From the NCBI GenBank assembly GCA_963677745.1, contig OY782391.1:864001-928000 (forward strand): 64,000 nt of DNA, in the 5' to 3' direction. The position numbers and the translations under genes were made by a program. Origin of the DNA: Candidatus Altimarinota bacterium (lineage in GTDB: Bacteria > Patescibacteriota > Gracilibacteria > UBA1369). This document shows, piece by piece, positions 41,294-50,905 of the stretch. Numbering within the stretch: the stretch's first letter is position 1; each line of letters starts with the position of its first letter. The notes beneath the pieces are model-generated. The model saw only the letters and a program-made list of their open reading frames with translations. It had not been told where the DNA came from and did no database searches.

Positions 41294-41478
41294 AGGCCGC
41301 TGCATGCTGTTGTGTTCACGAAAACTGCGATAAAAAAATTACCAAGCTCTCACCAAATTCTCTCACATCGTCAAGAGGCTTTTTCGCCCATCACTTGATT
41401 ATACGGAATGATTAACTAATATAGAAACGCAGCTTGCCGCTGATAAAATTTAATTAGTCATTTTAACTAGTCAAAACC

Positions 41479-41913
41479 ATGGCTGAAACCCTGTACACCA
41501 TCCAAGAAGCTGCTGAGGCAGCCGGTAAATCCATCCAGACCATCCGCCGCGCTTTGAAAGCAAAAAAGCTTACCGCCAAGAAACAGAAGACGCCACAGGG
41601 CTTCAACTATTTAATCGGGGAGGATCAATTGCTGGCCTTTTATAAAATCGAAAGACCGCACGGCAAAATCAAGGGCACGTCCGAAAAAGCCGAGCAGACT
41701 TCACTGATCACGGAATACGCTTCCAAGGAAGAAGTTGTCGAACAGAAAAGGGTTCTGGACAGACTGGTCGATGAAAACCGCAAAGACAAAGATACCTTCA
41801 TGAGATTCGTAAAAGTTTTCCAGGAAAGATTTACTTCTCTGGAAAGCCAGGTGAAATTGCTGGAAGAGCCCGGTAAAAAGAAAAGATGGTTTCAGTTCTG
41901 GAAAAGAGGCTAA
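41479..41913 (+). CDS. MerR-like HTH + coiled coil + amphipathic tail protein
   Basis: YTIQEAAE..GKS.QTIRR; C-terminal KKKRWFQFWKRG. Confidence 0.75.
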   Translation: MAETLYTIQEAAEAAGKSIQTIRRALKAKKLTAKKQKTPQGFNYLIGEDQLLAFYKIERPHGKIKGTSEKAEQTSLITEYASKEEVVEQKRVLDRLVDENRKDKDTFMRFVKVFQERFTSLESQVKLLEEPGKKKRWFQFWKRG

Positions 41914-41927
41914 AACACTCTCACTGA

Positions 41928-44504
41928 ATGTCCAAAAAATCTAAAAGACCGTTCTGGCATTGGCTGTTATTGGTGCTGGGATCTTTATTTTTATCGGTTC
42001 TGGCGGGATACCTGTATATTGCCTGGCTGCTGCCGCTGCCCGACAGTCTGGATCTGCGTCCCAGGCACGTTTCCACCAAGATTTATGACCGGAACGGTCA
42101 GTTGCTCTACGAGGTCTTGAGCAAGGGAGAAGGAAGGAAAACTTATTTAAGACTGGATGAAATGCCGCTGCTTTTTCAGAAAGCAATAATCGCCAGTGAA
42201 GACAGCGATTTTTATTCCCATGCCGGAGTTGATCCGGGAGCAATTGCCCGGGCGCTTTTTTATAATTATCTGGAACAAAAAGTCACCAGCGGGGCCAGCA
42301 CCATCACGCAACAGCTGGTCAGAAATTTGCTGGGGACCAACCGTGAGCGGAACCTCCAGGAGAAATTATTGGAAACCGTTTATGCCATCCGCATCAGTCA
42401 TGCCTACAGCAAGGAGAGGATTCTGGAAGAATATCTGAACACTGTTTATTTTGGCAATTTGTCCTATGGCGTGGCCGAGGCCGCCCGCAATTATTTCGGA
42501 AAAAATCTGTCCGATCTGGATCTGGCGGAAATTTCCATCCTGGCCGGTCTGCCCAAAGCCCCTTCCGCCTATAATCCGCTGGTAAATCCGGAAAAGGCCA
42601 AAAAAAGACAGCAGTATGTGTTGGGGCGCCTCGTGGCGCAGGGCGATATCACGGCCGCCCGGGCCGAAGAGGCGGCCGCCCGCGTGCTGCATTTCAAGAG
42701 CGGCAAAACCGCCATCGAGGCGCCCCATTTCGTCCACCACGTGCTGGCCCAACTGGAGGAAGAATACGGGCATGATTTTGTCTATAGCGGAATTTCCGTA
42801 CGCACCACTCTGGACCTGAATTTGCAGCAGGAAGCCCAAAAAATCGTCAACCGCCAGCTGGATCTGTTGAAACAGAAAAATGTCGGCAACGCCGCCCTCC
42901 TGGCCGCCACCGTGCCGGACGGGCAGGTACTGGTCTGGCTGGGCAGCCGAGATTATTTTGATGATTCCATCGACGGCCAGGTGGACATTATCGGCGCTGC
43001 GCGCCAGCCCGGCTCCGCCCTCAAACCGTTTCTCTACCTGCTGGCCTTGGAAAACGGCGACACTCTGGCCAGCCTGATCGAGGACTTGCCCATCAAGGTC
43101 AAGACGGAGGGCGGCGTCTATTCACCGCTCAACTATGATCTGGACTTCCACGGCCCGGTTCGGCTGCGTGAAGCTTTGGCCAATTCTTTCAATATTCCCG
43201 CGGTTAAAACCCAGGAAAAACTGGGCACTTCCCGTTTTCTGAATTTCCTGCGCCGCCTTGGTATGGATACCCTGGATCAGGATCCTGAATATTATGGTCT
43301 GGCCCTCACTCTGGGAGGAGGGGAAATCCGGCTGGCCGACCTGGCCAACGCTTATCTGACCTTGGCCGATTACGGTCGAAAAAAAAATTTCAGCACCATT
43401 CTGGAAATAACAGACGCTTCCGGCGGCACCATTTATAAATGGACTGCCCCGCTTTCCTCCCGTGTCCTTGGAGCCAACGGCGAACAGAATGCCTGGCTGA
43501 TTGCAGACGCACTTTCCGACCCCAACGCCCGTCTGAAAAGTTTCGGAGAAGGTAATGTCCTGGAACTCTCTGTCCCGGCCGCCGCCAAAACCGGCACCAC
43601 CCGTAATTTTCGCGACAACTGGACTTTTGGCTTCACGCCGCAGCTTCTGACAGCGGTTTGGGTTGGCAATTCCGATGCCACCCCCATGGAAAACATTTCC
43701 GGAATCGACGGCGCCGGCCCGATCTGGCACGATTTCATGACACTGGCCTACGAAAAACTCCCCGACACCCCCGTTTCCTCCACTGTCGATATTCGTAAAG
43801 GTAAGAAAAGTAAGAATAATCTTACAAATCTTACTTTTACCGACACCGCAAGTAGCCCGTTGCTCCCTCCCCCCCGCCTGATTGAACAGCAGATTTGTGC
43901 TGTATCCGGGCTGGCGGTCAGCGAAAATTGCCAGGAAAGCCTGAATGAATGGTTCATTGAGGGGACCCAGCCGCTTCAAAAGGATTATTTCTGGCAAAAA
44001 TACAGCTGTGGCGCGGTCAATAGCGGCACAGCTGCTCCGGCCGATGAGCCCGCCGGCAGCGTCCGGTATTTTATTAACTATCCTTTTGTGTATCAAAATT
44101 GGGCCAAGGAAAGGGGTTTCCTGCCCACTCCCGACTGCCGGCCGCTGCCTCCGGAAAACCTGCCGGCGGCGTCCGCCGATTTGCCGCCCCTGCAAATTGT
44201 TTCCCCGCTGGCCGGAGATTCCTTTCAGATAAACGCAAATCTGCCTCTGGACAGCCAGAAAGTCCCGCTTAAAATTATTGTCTACCCGGCCCGTTTTACT
44301 GACCAGTCCAATCCGCCTAGCCAAATTGAGCTGATTATCAACGGAAAAGTGATCAAAAGCCAGTCATTGAGCGGCTCCGCCGCTCCCCTGGAAATAAAGG
44401 AATTTTGGTTACCCGAACGCGGCCTGCAGCAAATAGAAGTCCGGATTACCTCAGAGAATAAGGCAGAACTGGCAAAAGACAGCGTGCAGTTCAGTGTGGA
44501 GTAA
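41928..44504 (+). CDS. pbpC: Class A penicillin-binding protein, PBP1C-like
   Basis: SED..FY.H.G, GASTITQQ, SALK, SFN, KTGT; C-terminal I.SP..G Ig-like domain. Confidence 0.85.
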   Translation: MSKKSKRPFWHWLLLVLGSLFLSVLAGYLYIAWLLPLPDSLDLRPRHVSTKIYDRNGQLLYEVLSKGEGRKTYLRLDEMPLLFQKAIIASEDSDFYSHAGVDPGAIARALFYNYLEQKVTSGASTITQQLVRNLLGTNRERNLQEKLLETVYAIRISHAYSKERILEEYLNTVYFGNLSYGVAEAARNYFGKNLSDLDLAEISILAGLPKAPSAYNPLVNPEKAKKRQQYVLGRLVAQGDITAARAEEAAARVLHFKSGKTAIEAPHFVHHVLAQLEEEYGHDFVYSGISVRTTLDLNLQQEAQKIVNRQLDLLKQKNVGNAALLAATVPDGQVLVWLGSRDYFDDSIDGQVDIIGAARQPGSALKPFLYLLALENGDTLASLIEDLPIKVKTEGGVYSPLNYDLDFHGPVRLREALANSFNIPAVKTQEKLGTSRFLNFLRRLGMDTLDQDPEYYGLALTLGGGEIRLADLANAYLTLADYGRKKNFSTILEITDASGGTIYKWTAPLSSRVLGANGEQNAWLIADALSDPNARLKSFGEGNVLELSVPAAAKTGTTRNFRDNWTFGFTPQLLTAVWVGNSDATPMENISGIDGAGPIWHDFMTLAYEKLPDTPVSSTVDIRKGKKSKNNLTNLTFTDTASSPLLPPPRLIEQQICAVSGLAVSENCQESLNEWFIEGTQPLQKDYFWQKYSCGAVNSGTAAPADEPAGSVRYFINYPFVYQNWAKERGFLPTPDCRPLPPENLPAASADLPPLQIVSPLAGDSFQINANLPLDSQKVPLKIIVYPARFTDQSNPPSQIELIINGKVIKSQSLSGSAAPLEIKEFWLPERGLQQIEVRITSENKAELAKDSVQFSVE
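43784..43845. repeat. GTAAGA/TCTTAC palindrome, copy C, in frame inside the PBP gene
   Basis: GTAAAGGTAAGA-AAA-GTAAGA-ATAA-TCTTAC-AAA-TCTTACTTTTAC flanked by TGTCG/CGACA. Confidence 0.6.
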
Positions 44505-44638
44505 AGCCGCGGCAAACGTTAATAGCATAACAATTCCCCAGCCTGTCATCTGAATTGCTGAAACGATTAGTCAGACTCAAAGTTAATATAAGTGCTTGCC
44601 AACGCGCAAAAAACAAAAAACAGCCAAAATTGGCTTAA

Positions 44639-44667
44639 TTGACATAAAATTCCCTCTTTGATAAAAC
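44639..44667 (+). promoter_or_regulatory. Candidate promoter for the S-layer leader (TTGACA-N17-TAAAAC, TG extension)
   Basis: Perfect -35, weaker -10. Confidence 0.5.
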
Positions 44668-44699
44668 ATCTCAGCCGGTCGTAATCAGCCAGCGTTTAA

Positions 44700-45065
44700 G
44701 TAGTGTGTTCCAGACTGCGGTTATCGGTAAGGTTGCAGTTCGAATCTGGAAAGTACCCTTCAGCGCATGGCGTAAACAAAAACGACGGAAATACGTTCAT
44801 TGAAAACCAGCGGGTAGTCGGAGTTAACCGGGCGTTCTCCCTCGGCCGCCTTAAAACGGCCCAAGACAGCGTAAGGCAAATTGTCCGACTACAGCAAGAG
44901 CATCATTGGGTTTCCACCCGGGAACAAACTTCATGATGGCTTTGCCCGAGTTTTCCAAATCAAGGACCCGTCCACAAGGTCCGGTGATTTTCAGGATACA
45001 ACACCTGGAAGTCCGGTTGGGTACTCCTCAAAAATTCTCCCAGAAAATGGCGTTATCCGCCAAAA
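44700..45065 (+). ncRNA. Candidate large structured RNA or 5' leader of the S-layer mRNA
   Basis: Multiple nested helices (see findings); no credible ORF. Confidence 0.55.
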
Positions 45066-45193
45066 CCCCAAAGTTTAAATTTAAACTTTAAGATCGCTTT
45101 TACTCAAGGTAAAAAAGCGGTCGCACTACTATGTACGTCAAGTTCAGACTTTATGTACATCGATGTTTATTTATCTATCTATTTATTCTAATT

Positions 45194-48100
45194 ATGGATT
45201 TATCCACAACATTTGCGTCAATTCGCAAACAAGTTGCTGGTCTTAGCTTGGTAGCACTCGTTGCAGGTCTCTTTGCAGCAGGTGTTGCTACAGCCGCAAC
45301 TGAGAATATTTTCTCAGATGTTCCAGCCGATGCGTGGTATGCAGGTTATGTAAATGACCTCGCTACTGCGGGAGTAATCGACTCCACAAAAGATATGTAC
45401 AGACCAGGTGACCTGGTCAACAGAGCTGAAATGGGCAAGTTTGCCTTCATGGTTTCCGGACTTCCTCTGGAGACTGCTTCAGCCGCTCCTTACAAGGATG
45501 TCGCTATGGGCCAATGGTATACAGATTATATCTATACCCTGACCAAGAACGGCATCGTCAGCGGAGACAAAGCCAATGGTGTCCCCACCGGTTATTTCAG
45601 ACCGGAAGCTCCTTTGAACAGAGCTGAGGCCGCCAAGATGCTTGTCAATGCTGCTGCCATGGCCGAAGACATTACAGGAAATCCTCATTTCCCTGATGTC
45701 ACTTCCGGCGCCTGGTATTTCAACTTTGTTGAAACAGCCTTCAATAACGGTGTTGTATCCGGCTATCCGGATGGCAACTACAGGCCTTCCAACAACATCA
45801 ACAGAGCAGAAGCCGCCAAGATGGTATTCCTGAGCATGAACCCGGTTGCTGCCGGCTTCACTCTGGATTCCGCCGCCGCTGCTTCCAAGACTACTGTTGA
45901 ACTGATCTTCTCGATGAACGTTGACTCCACTCTTGCTGCTGACGAAGCCAACTATCTCATCGAAGACTCAAGTGGTACCAAGCTCATAGTTTCCGCCGCT
46001 GAAGTAACAGCTGCCGACACTGTTATGCTGACTACCAGCACACAGACAGAGGGCAAAGTATATTATGTAACTGCCAAGAATGTGGAATCCGATGCCGGCG
46101 ATGCTCTCGCTAGCAGCGATTCCGTATCATTCCTCGGCTACGGTGCCGACGTCAGTGGTGGAGCTCTTGAAGTAGCTCTTTCCACACAGACTCCGGTTGC
46201 CGGATCCATTCCAAGTGGTGCTACAGGCGTAGTATTTACTTGTTGGGATTTCATGGCTGGTTCCAGCGATGTGACAGTTAAATCTGTTCACGTACATCGC
46301 GTAGGCCCAGGTTCACAAGGTGATTTTGACAATGTTTACCTGTACAATGGTGATCAGAGACTTACCACCGGAAGAACAATCAGCAGCGAAACTCAATTGG
46401 TTGAGTTCAACAACATCAACCAGGAGGTTGCCGCTGGTGACAACATGAAGCTCTGCGTAGTTGCAGATCTTAAAGCTGGTGCAAACGGAGGCGTACACGC
46501 TTTTGAACTTGCTTCAGCCGATTCAGTTATGAGCAACTCTTCAGACATGACTGGCTCCTTCCCGCTCCGCGGTGCCGATCAACTGATTACCTCTGCCCAA
46601 GTAGGCAAGAGCTACATCAGAAGAAACGGTACTCTGAACGAGGCCACCATTGGTGAAAAGGGTGTCAGAATTGCCCAGTTCGAGATCGAAGCTGACGGTT
46701 CAGAAGACCAGCAGCTCGAAAGAGTAGCTTTATATGTGAGAGGATCCATCAGCACAGGTGCAGTTTCCAACATGAAACTGTTTGTTGAAGGAGATTCCAC
46801 AGCTCTGGCCGCCACCGATGCCGTTGGTGCCAAAGAATTGGCTACCTTCTCTCTGGACAAACCATTCAAGATTGGACGTGGTATGAGAAAGATTTTCTAT
46901 GTCACGGGCGATCTGAATCCTGGCAAGAACGGTGATACTATCAAGATTTATCTTGATGAAACCACTGATCTTAACGTAACCGGAACAACTTACGGTTATG
47001 GAACCAGAGTCGACGCTACCAAATATGACGGTGGCGACGGTGCTGACCTTTTGGTCAACACATCTGATGATGAATATTCTTATGTCACCATCAAGGGTTC
47101 CGACTTCGTAGCTAACTGGACAGGTCCTTCCGCCTCCAATATTCCGGTAGGACAAAAAGCCGTAAGCTGCTTGGATCTGACCCTCACCAACTCTTCCGGT
47201 GAAGATCTCGAGATCAAAGACTGGGAAGTTGATGTAGCTGTTGCTCCAATCGTAGTAGCCGCCGATGGTGGTCTCTACAACGCGACAAACTCGACTCCAA
47301 ACTACACTCTCTTCAAGCTCGCCAGGATCAATGACGATGGAACCCTCGGTGGTTCCCTGCTTGGTCCAAACGAACTTCCAGGTGTAGTTGATGCTCTTCA
47401 AACCGTTAAACTTGGTGGAAGTGCCAACATCACTGCCGGTGAAACTGTCAAGGCCGCTGTCGTATTCGACATTGCCAACAACACTCTCATGAACGGTGAT
47501 AAAATCACTTGTACCCTGAAGGCCTTGAATGGCTCAGGCAAGGATTATATCCGCGATATCAATGGAGATGCCTTAACAGCTTCGTCCATTACTCCTTCTT
47601 CCGACATCGTCGGTAATCCTCTCAAAGTGGTAGATGCCGCTTTGAAGGTGAAGGTTGCTTCCACTCCTGCTTCTCAGACAGTTGTAAAGGGTGTAAGCGA
47701 TGTCAGCCTGCTCGGTATTTCTCTGGAATCCGGAGTTTTGGATTCCACACTGAAGACTATCAGCATTGCATCTGCTATCGATACAGCTCCAGCAGCTGTT
47801 CCAGCAGGTGATGCAGACGTTCTCCTGACACAAAGGGTTGAGAGCGGCAAGGCCACCAAGGATGTGGTCACCAACCTCAAACTTTATGATGGGGCAACTC
47901 AGGTGGGTACAGTGGAAAGCATCAATGATTCCACAGGAAAAGTAACCTTCAACAACCTCAGCGTATCTATTCCGAAAGGAACAACTAAACTGTTGGTTTT
48001 GAAAGGTAACATCTCCAACTCCACTTACACTGATACTCTGATCAAGTTTGGTGTTGTCGCTAATACAGACATCACTGCTCTTGATAACAACAGCCAGACA

Positions 48101-49492
48101 ATTTCCGGTATCAGCACAGTCAATGCCGAAAACGGCTTGAATGCAGGCGCAAACCTCATTCCAAGTGCTACCGGTACTACCATCACCATTAAGGATGCTG
48201 GTACTGTCAATGTTGCTTCTACCAGCCAATACACATCCAAACTGATTGGTGGTGGAGTAACTGCTGAAAAGATTGGCAACATCAAGTTCAACATGACTAA
48301 TGCTCCTGCCACGCTTGATGACTTCGTTCTGTCCGTATTGGGCGAACCAGCCGGTCTGCAAACTGTTTATCTGTTTGACTCCAGCTGTTCAACAGCCAGG
48401 GGCTCAGCCACAGGTTATTCTGTAACCGGTGGAACAGTCACCGTAACTGATGCCGCCATTGCTCTGCCAATTGGACAAACCACACTCTGTATCAAGGGTG
48501 ATTTTGCTCCGGTCAGCAGCACTCTGGTTGACCCACCAGTATCCGGTAAATTCGTTGCCATCGCTTTGACTGAAGTAAATCAGATCACATCCGGTGGTTC
48601 CGATATCAACGGTAACTTTGCTTCCTCAGTTGGTACAGAGACCGTTGGTATGACCGCTATTGCCACCAACCCCACCCTTTCCGGTGCTGTTGCTGCTGGT
48701 GACGTTGTTAAGATCGACGAAGAGTTGATGTATGTATCTTCAATCGGTCCAGTAGTAGTTATCAGAGGTTTTGCCGGTACAGCTGCCAATGCGCATTCCG
48801 CAGGCGCCGCCTACCAGGTATTGACCTCCGGAGTAACCAAACTGTTTGAATTGAATACTGCCACCTATAACAGGGGCACTGTTCTTTCCGATGGTACAAA
48901 CTACTTAATGTGTTTGAACCCAGTTTGCGCCGTAGCCGCTACAGATCAGTTGATCATCTCCGGTGTTACATTTAACCCAGCAGCTACCGCTCTGGATGTT
49001 AAATTTAACCAGGCAGGTGAAGCCTTCAAACTCAGAAAGGCTGCTCCAACTTTGGCTCTCTCCAACTCTGTAGTAGGAGGAAACACGCTCGCCACCTCGA
49101 CTCAGTTCGCTGTTGCAGCATTCTCCATTACAGCTGCAGGTGTGGGCGCAGTTGAATTCCAGCCAACCGATGCTATGAACTTTACAGTCGGCACCGGAAC
49201 AACTGTCAACTCTTGTGCTTTATACGGTCCAGGCGACCAGAAGTTATCTACCAACGATGCTTCACCAGCATCTATTGCTTTCGACAATGTAAGTGCATGG
49301 TCGATTTCAGCAGGTGAAACCAAAGTTCTCACTGTAAAGTGCGATCTGACCACAGTTGGTGGTGATGATTTCCAGATGACATTGGATAGTTTTAGCTACA
49401 GTGACGGAGTAGTTGCCAATATTACCGGCGACACCTCATTGATTGTTAATACTCTGCCAATCGCTGGCCCAACATTTACCAGACCCACATAG
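45194..49492 (+). CDS. S-layer protein with N-terminal SLH domains
   Basis: Signal peptide; three SLH repeats (FSDV...WY, NRAE x3); Thr/Ala/Gly-rich beta-sandwich repeats; distinct codon usage suggesting high expression. Confidence 0.9.
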   Translation: MDLSTTFASIRKQVAGLSLVALVAGLFAAGVATAATENIFSDVPADAWYAGYVNDLATAGVIDSTKDMYRPGDLVNRAEMGKFAFMVSGLPLETASAAPYKDVAMGQWYTDYIYTLTKNGIVSGDKANGVPTGYFRPEAPLNRAEAAKMLVNAAAMAEDITGNPHFPDVTSGAWYFNFVETAFNNGVVSGYPDGNYRPSNNINRAEAAKMVFLSMNPVAAGFTLDSAAAASKTTVELIFSMNVDSTLAADEANYLIEDSSGTKLIVSAAEVTAADTVMLTTSTQTEGKVYYVTAKNVESDAGDALASSDSVSFLGYGADVSGGALEVALSTQTPVAGSIPSGATGVVFTCWDFMAGSSDVTVKSVHVHRVGPGSQGDFDNVYLYNGDQRLTTGRTISSETQLVEFNNINQEVAAGDNMKLCVVADLKAGANGGVHAFELASADSVMSNSSDMTGSFPLRGADQLITSAQVGKSYIRRNGTLNEATIGEKGVRIAQFEIEADGSEDQQLERVALYVRGSISTGAVSNMKLFVEGDSTALAATDAVGAKELATFSLDKPFKIGRGMRKIFYVTGDLNPGKNGDTIKIYLDETTDLNVTGTTYGYGTRVDATKYDGGDGADLLVNTSDDEYSYVTIKGSDFVANWTGPSASNIPVGQKAVSCLDLTLTNSSGEDLEIKDWEVDVAVAPIVVAADGGLYNATNSTPNYTLFKLARINDDGTLGGSLLGPNELPGVVDALQTVKLGGSANITAGETVKAAVVFDIANNTLMNGDKITCTLKALNGSGKDYIRDINGDALTASSITPSSDIVGNPLKVVDAALKVKVASTPASQTVVKGVSDVSLLGISLESGVLDSTLKTISIASAIDTAPAAVPAGDADVLLTQRVESGKATKDVVTNLKLYDGATQVGTVESINDSTGKVTFNNLSVSIPKGTTKLLVLKGNISNSTYTDTLIKFGVVANTDITALDNNSQTISGISTVNAENGLNAGANLIPSATGTTITIKDAGTVNVASTSQYTSKLIGGGVTAEKIGNIKFNMTNAPATLDDFVLSVLGEPAGLQTVYLFDSSCSTARGSATGYSVTGGTVTVTDAAIALPIGQTTLCIKGDFAPVSSTLVDPPVSGKFVAIALTEVNQITSGGSDINGNFASSVGTETVGMTAIATNPTLSGAVAAGDVVKIDEELMYVSSIGPVVVIRGFAGTAANAHSAGAAYQVLTSGVTKLFELNTATYNRGTVLSDGTNYLMCLNPVCAVAATDQLIISGVTFNPAATALDVKFNQAGEAFKLRKAAPTLALSNSVVGGNTLATSTQFAVAAFSITAAGVGAVEFQPTDAMNFTVGTGTTVNSCALYGPGDQKLSTNDASPASIAFDNVSAWSISAGETKVLTVKCDLTTVGGDDFQMTLDSFSYSDGVVANITGDTSLIVNTLPIAGPTFTRPT

Positions 49493-49526
49493 TCTGTAGT
49501 GTTGTAGAAAACTAATTCTTAGTTTT

Positions 49527-49574
49527 AAGCCCGCATGGAACCCCGCTTCGGCGGGGCCCCCAGCGGGCTTTTTT
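49527..49574 (+). terminator. Intrinsic terminator of the S-layer gene
   Basis: AAGCCCGC...CCCCGC-TTCG-GCGGGG...GCGGGCTT plus T-run. Confidence 0.85.
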
Positions 49575-49589
49575 GTGCCTGTTTAACTA

Positions 49590-49618
49590 TTGACAAATAT
49601 ATGAAAATATTGTATCAA
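49590..49618 (+). promoter_or_regulatory. Promoter TTGACA-N17-TATCAA of lipoprotein gene 1
   Basis: Same relative position as the promoter in unit 2. Confidence 0.6.
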
Positions 49619-49697
49619 ATAGATGTCAAGTTGACCTTCGACATTTAGCTCCCGATTCCGAGGAGGGAAGAAGGGAGGAAAGGGAAAGGAAAAAAAC

Positions 49698-50609
49698 ATG
49701 AAGCGCTACGGATTTGGACTGTTTGTGGTGGCTGGCATGCTGATGCTGTCGGCGCTGCTGGGGCAGGCCTGTGTGTTGGATACATACGGGACACTGTTCG
49801 CTGACGGCGGCGCGGATGCCGGTCCGGACTGCAACGCTCTCTGCGAGGAAGCGGCTGCAGGAAGCTCCGGAAATGCCGGAACTGCCGGTCAGGGCACGCC
49901 CGATGTGGATGTGCCTGACACCTGCGACTGCGGAGATGCCGGAAGCGGTGGATCTGCCGGAGCAGGAGGTACTGGTGGAAGCGCCGGAACGGGCGGAGCC
50001 ACCGGCGGCACCGGAGGCTCGGCCGGACAAGGCGGAGCAACCGGAGGTACTGGCGGATCTGCCGGAAGCGGCGGAGAAGCTGGACAAGGAGGAACTGGCG
50101 GAGCAGCCGGAGGCGGCGGTCAGGCCGGACAAGGCGGAGCCGGCGGTTCGGGGCCAACCTGCGTAGTGGCAGGAGACGACGGAACTATCAACAAGATCAC
50201 CGCCGAAGCCATCCGGGTCTATCTGCACTATGCAGACGATTCCGAGACGTTTCTGTCCTACAGCCCGGTCAACTTCAGCTTCGATACCAAGCCGCTGTCC
50301 GCTCAGGCTGTTGTCTTGGGCAGCAATGGGCTGAGCTTCGGACTGTGGCATGATTCCACGCCTACACCCACTGTGCTCTATACAATTGATGAGGCAACCT
50401 TGCCGGCCGCAGAATGCACCGGAGTCGACATCAGGAGCATCGAGTGCAGCCGGATCTTGGCGAAGAGTTTCAGGTGCCAGTTCCCGCCCTACAACGAGGT
50501 GGTCGGCTGTCCAGCCAACGTTGCGTTCACCGCGCAGCTGGCCAGTGACAGCTATGCCGATCCGTCTGGGGGATACCAGATGGTACTCGCTGACATTTAC
50601 TGCCCCTAA
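49698..50609 (+). CDS. Gly-rich predicted lipoprotein with Cys-containing C-terminal domain (paralog 1)
   Basis: Signal peptide ending LGQAC; GGSAG/GQGG repeats; VYLHYAD...FRC domain. Confidence 0.8.
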   Translation: MKRYGFGLFVVAGMLMLSALLGQACVLDTYGTLFADGGADAGPDCNALCEEAAAGSSGNAGTAGQGTPDVDVPDTCDCGDAGSGGSAGAGGTGGSAGTGGATGGTGGSAGQGGATGGTGGSAGSGGEAGQGGTGGAAGGGGQAGQGGAGGSGPTCVVAGDDGTINKITAEAIRVYLHYADDSETFLSYSPVNFSFDTKPLSAQAVVLGSNGLSFGLWHDSTPTPTVLYTIDEATLPAAECTGVDIRSIECSRILAKSFRCQFPPYNEVVGCPANVAFTAQLASDSYADPSGGYQMVLADIYCP

Positions 50610-50646
50610 ACCCCAACCCCTCACCCGACTCAGAAAGGGAGTCAAA

Positions 50647-50784
50647 GTCGAAGTTCAACAACAGCTCGCCGACGCTTGAGTTGCCAAACAACCGCAAGGT
50701 AGTAGCAACGCAGGCCCAGGCGGAAAAGCAAGCCCCGCGCTGATCGTCCATACAGGACTTGATCGCGCGGGGCTCTTCGACGTG
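50647..50784 (+). ncRNA. Structured 3' RNA element, copy 1
   Basis: Repeat of 51725-51860 with compensatory changes. Confidence 0.7.
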
Positions 50785-50800
50785 TTTTTTTACGCCCAGA

Positions 50801-50828
50801 TTGACAAAATTAGAAAAAAACGTATAAG
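50801..50828 (+). promoter_or_regulatory. Promoter TTGACA-N16-TATAAG of lipoprotein gene 2
   Basis: Near-consensus hexamers. Confidence 0.6.
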
Positions 50829-50905
50829 TATAAGAGTAACATTGATCTTCGACATACACGCTCCCATCCCTGAAAAGGGACAATGGAAGGGAAAGGAAAA
50901 TTCCG

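Noticed and set aside
44700-45065. tmRNA, RNase P RNA or group I/II intron
   Set aside because: No tRNA-like ends or tag ORF, no GAGGAAAGTCC/P4 partner, and no recognisable intron core or domain V.
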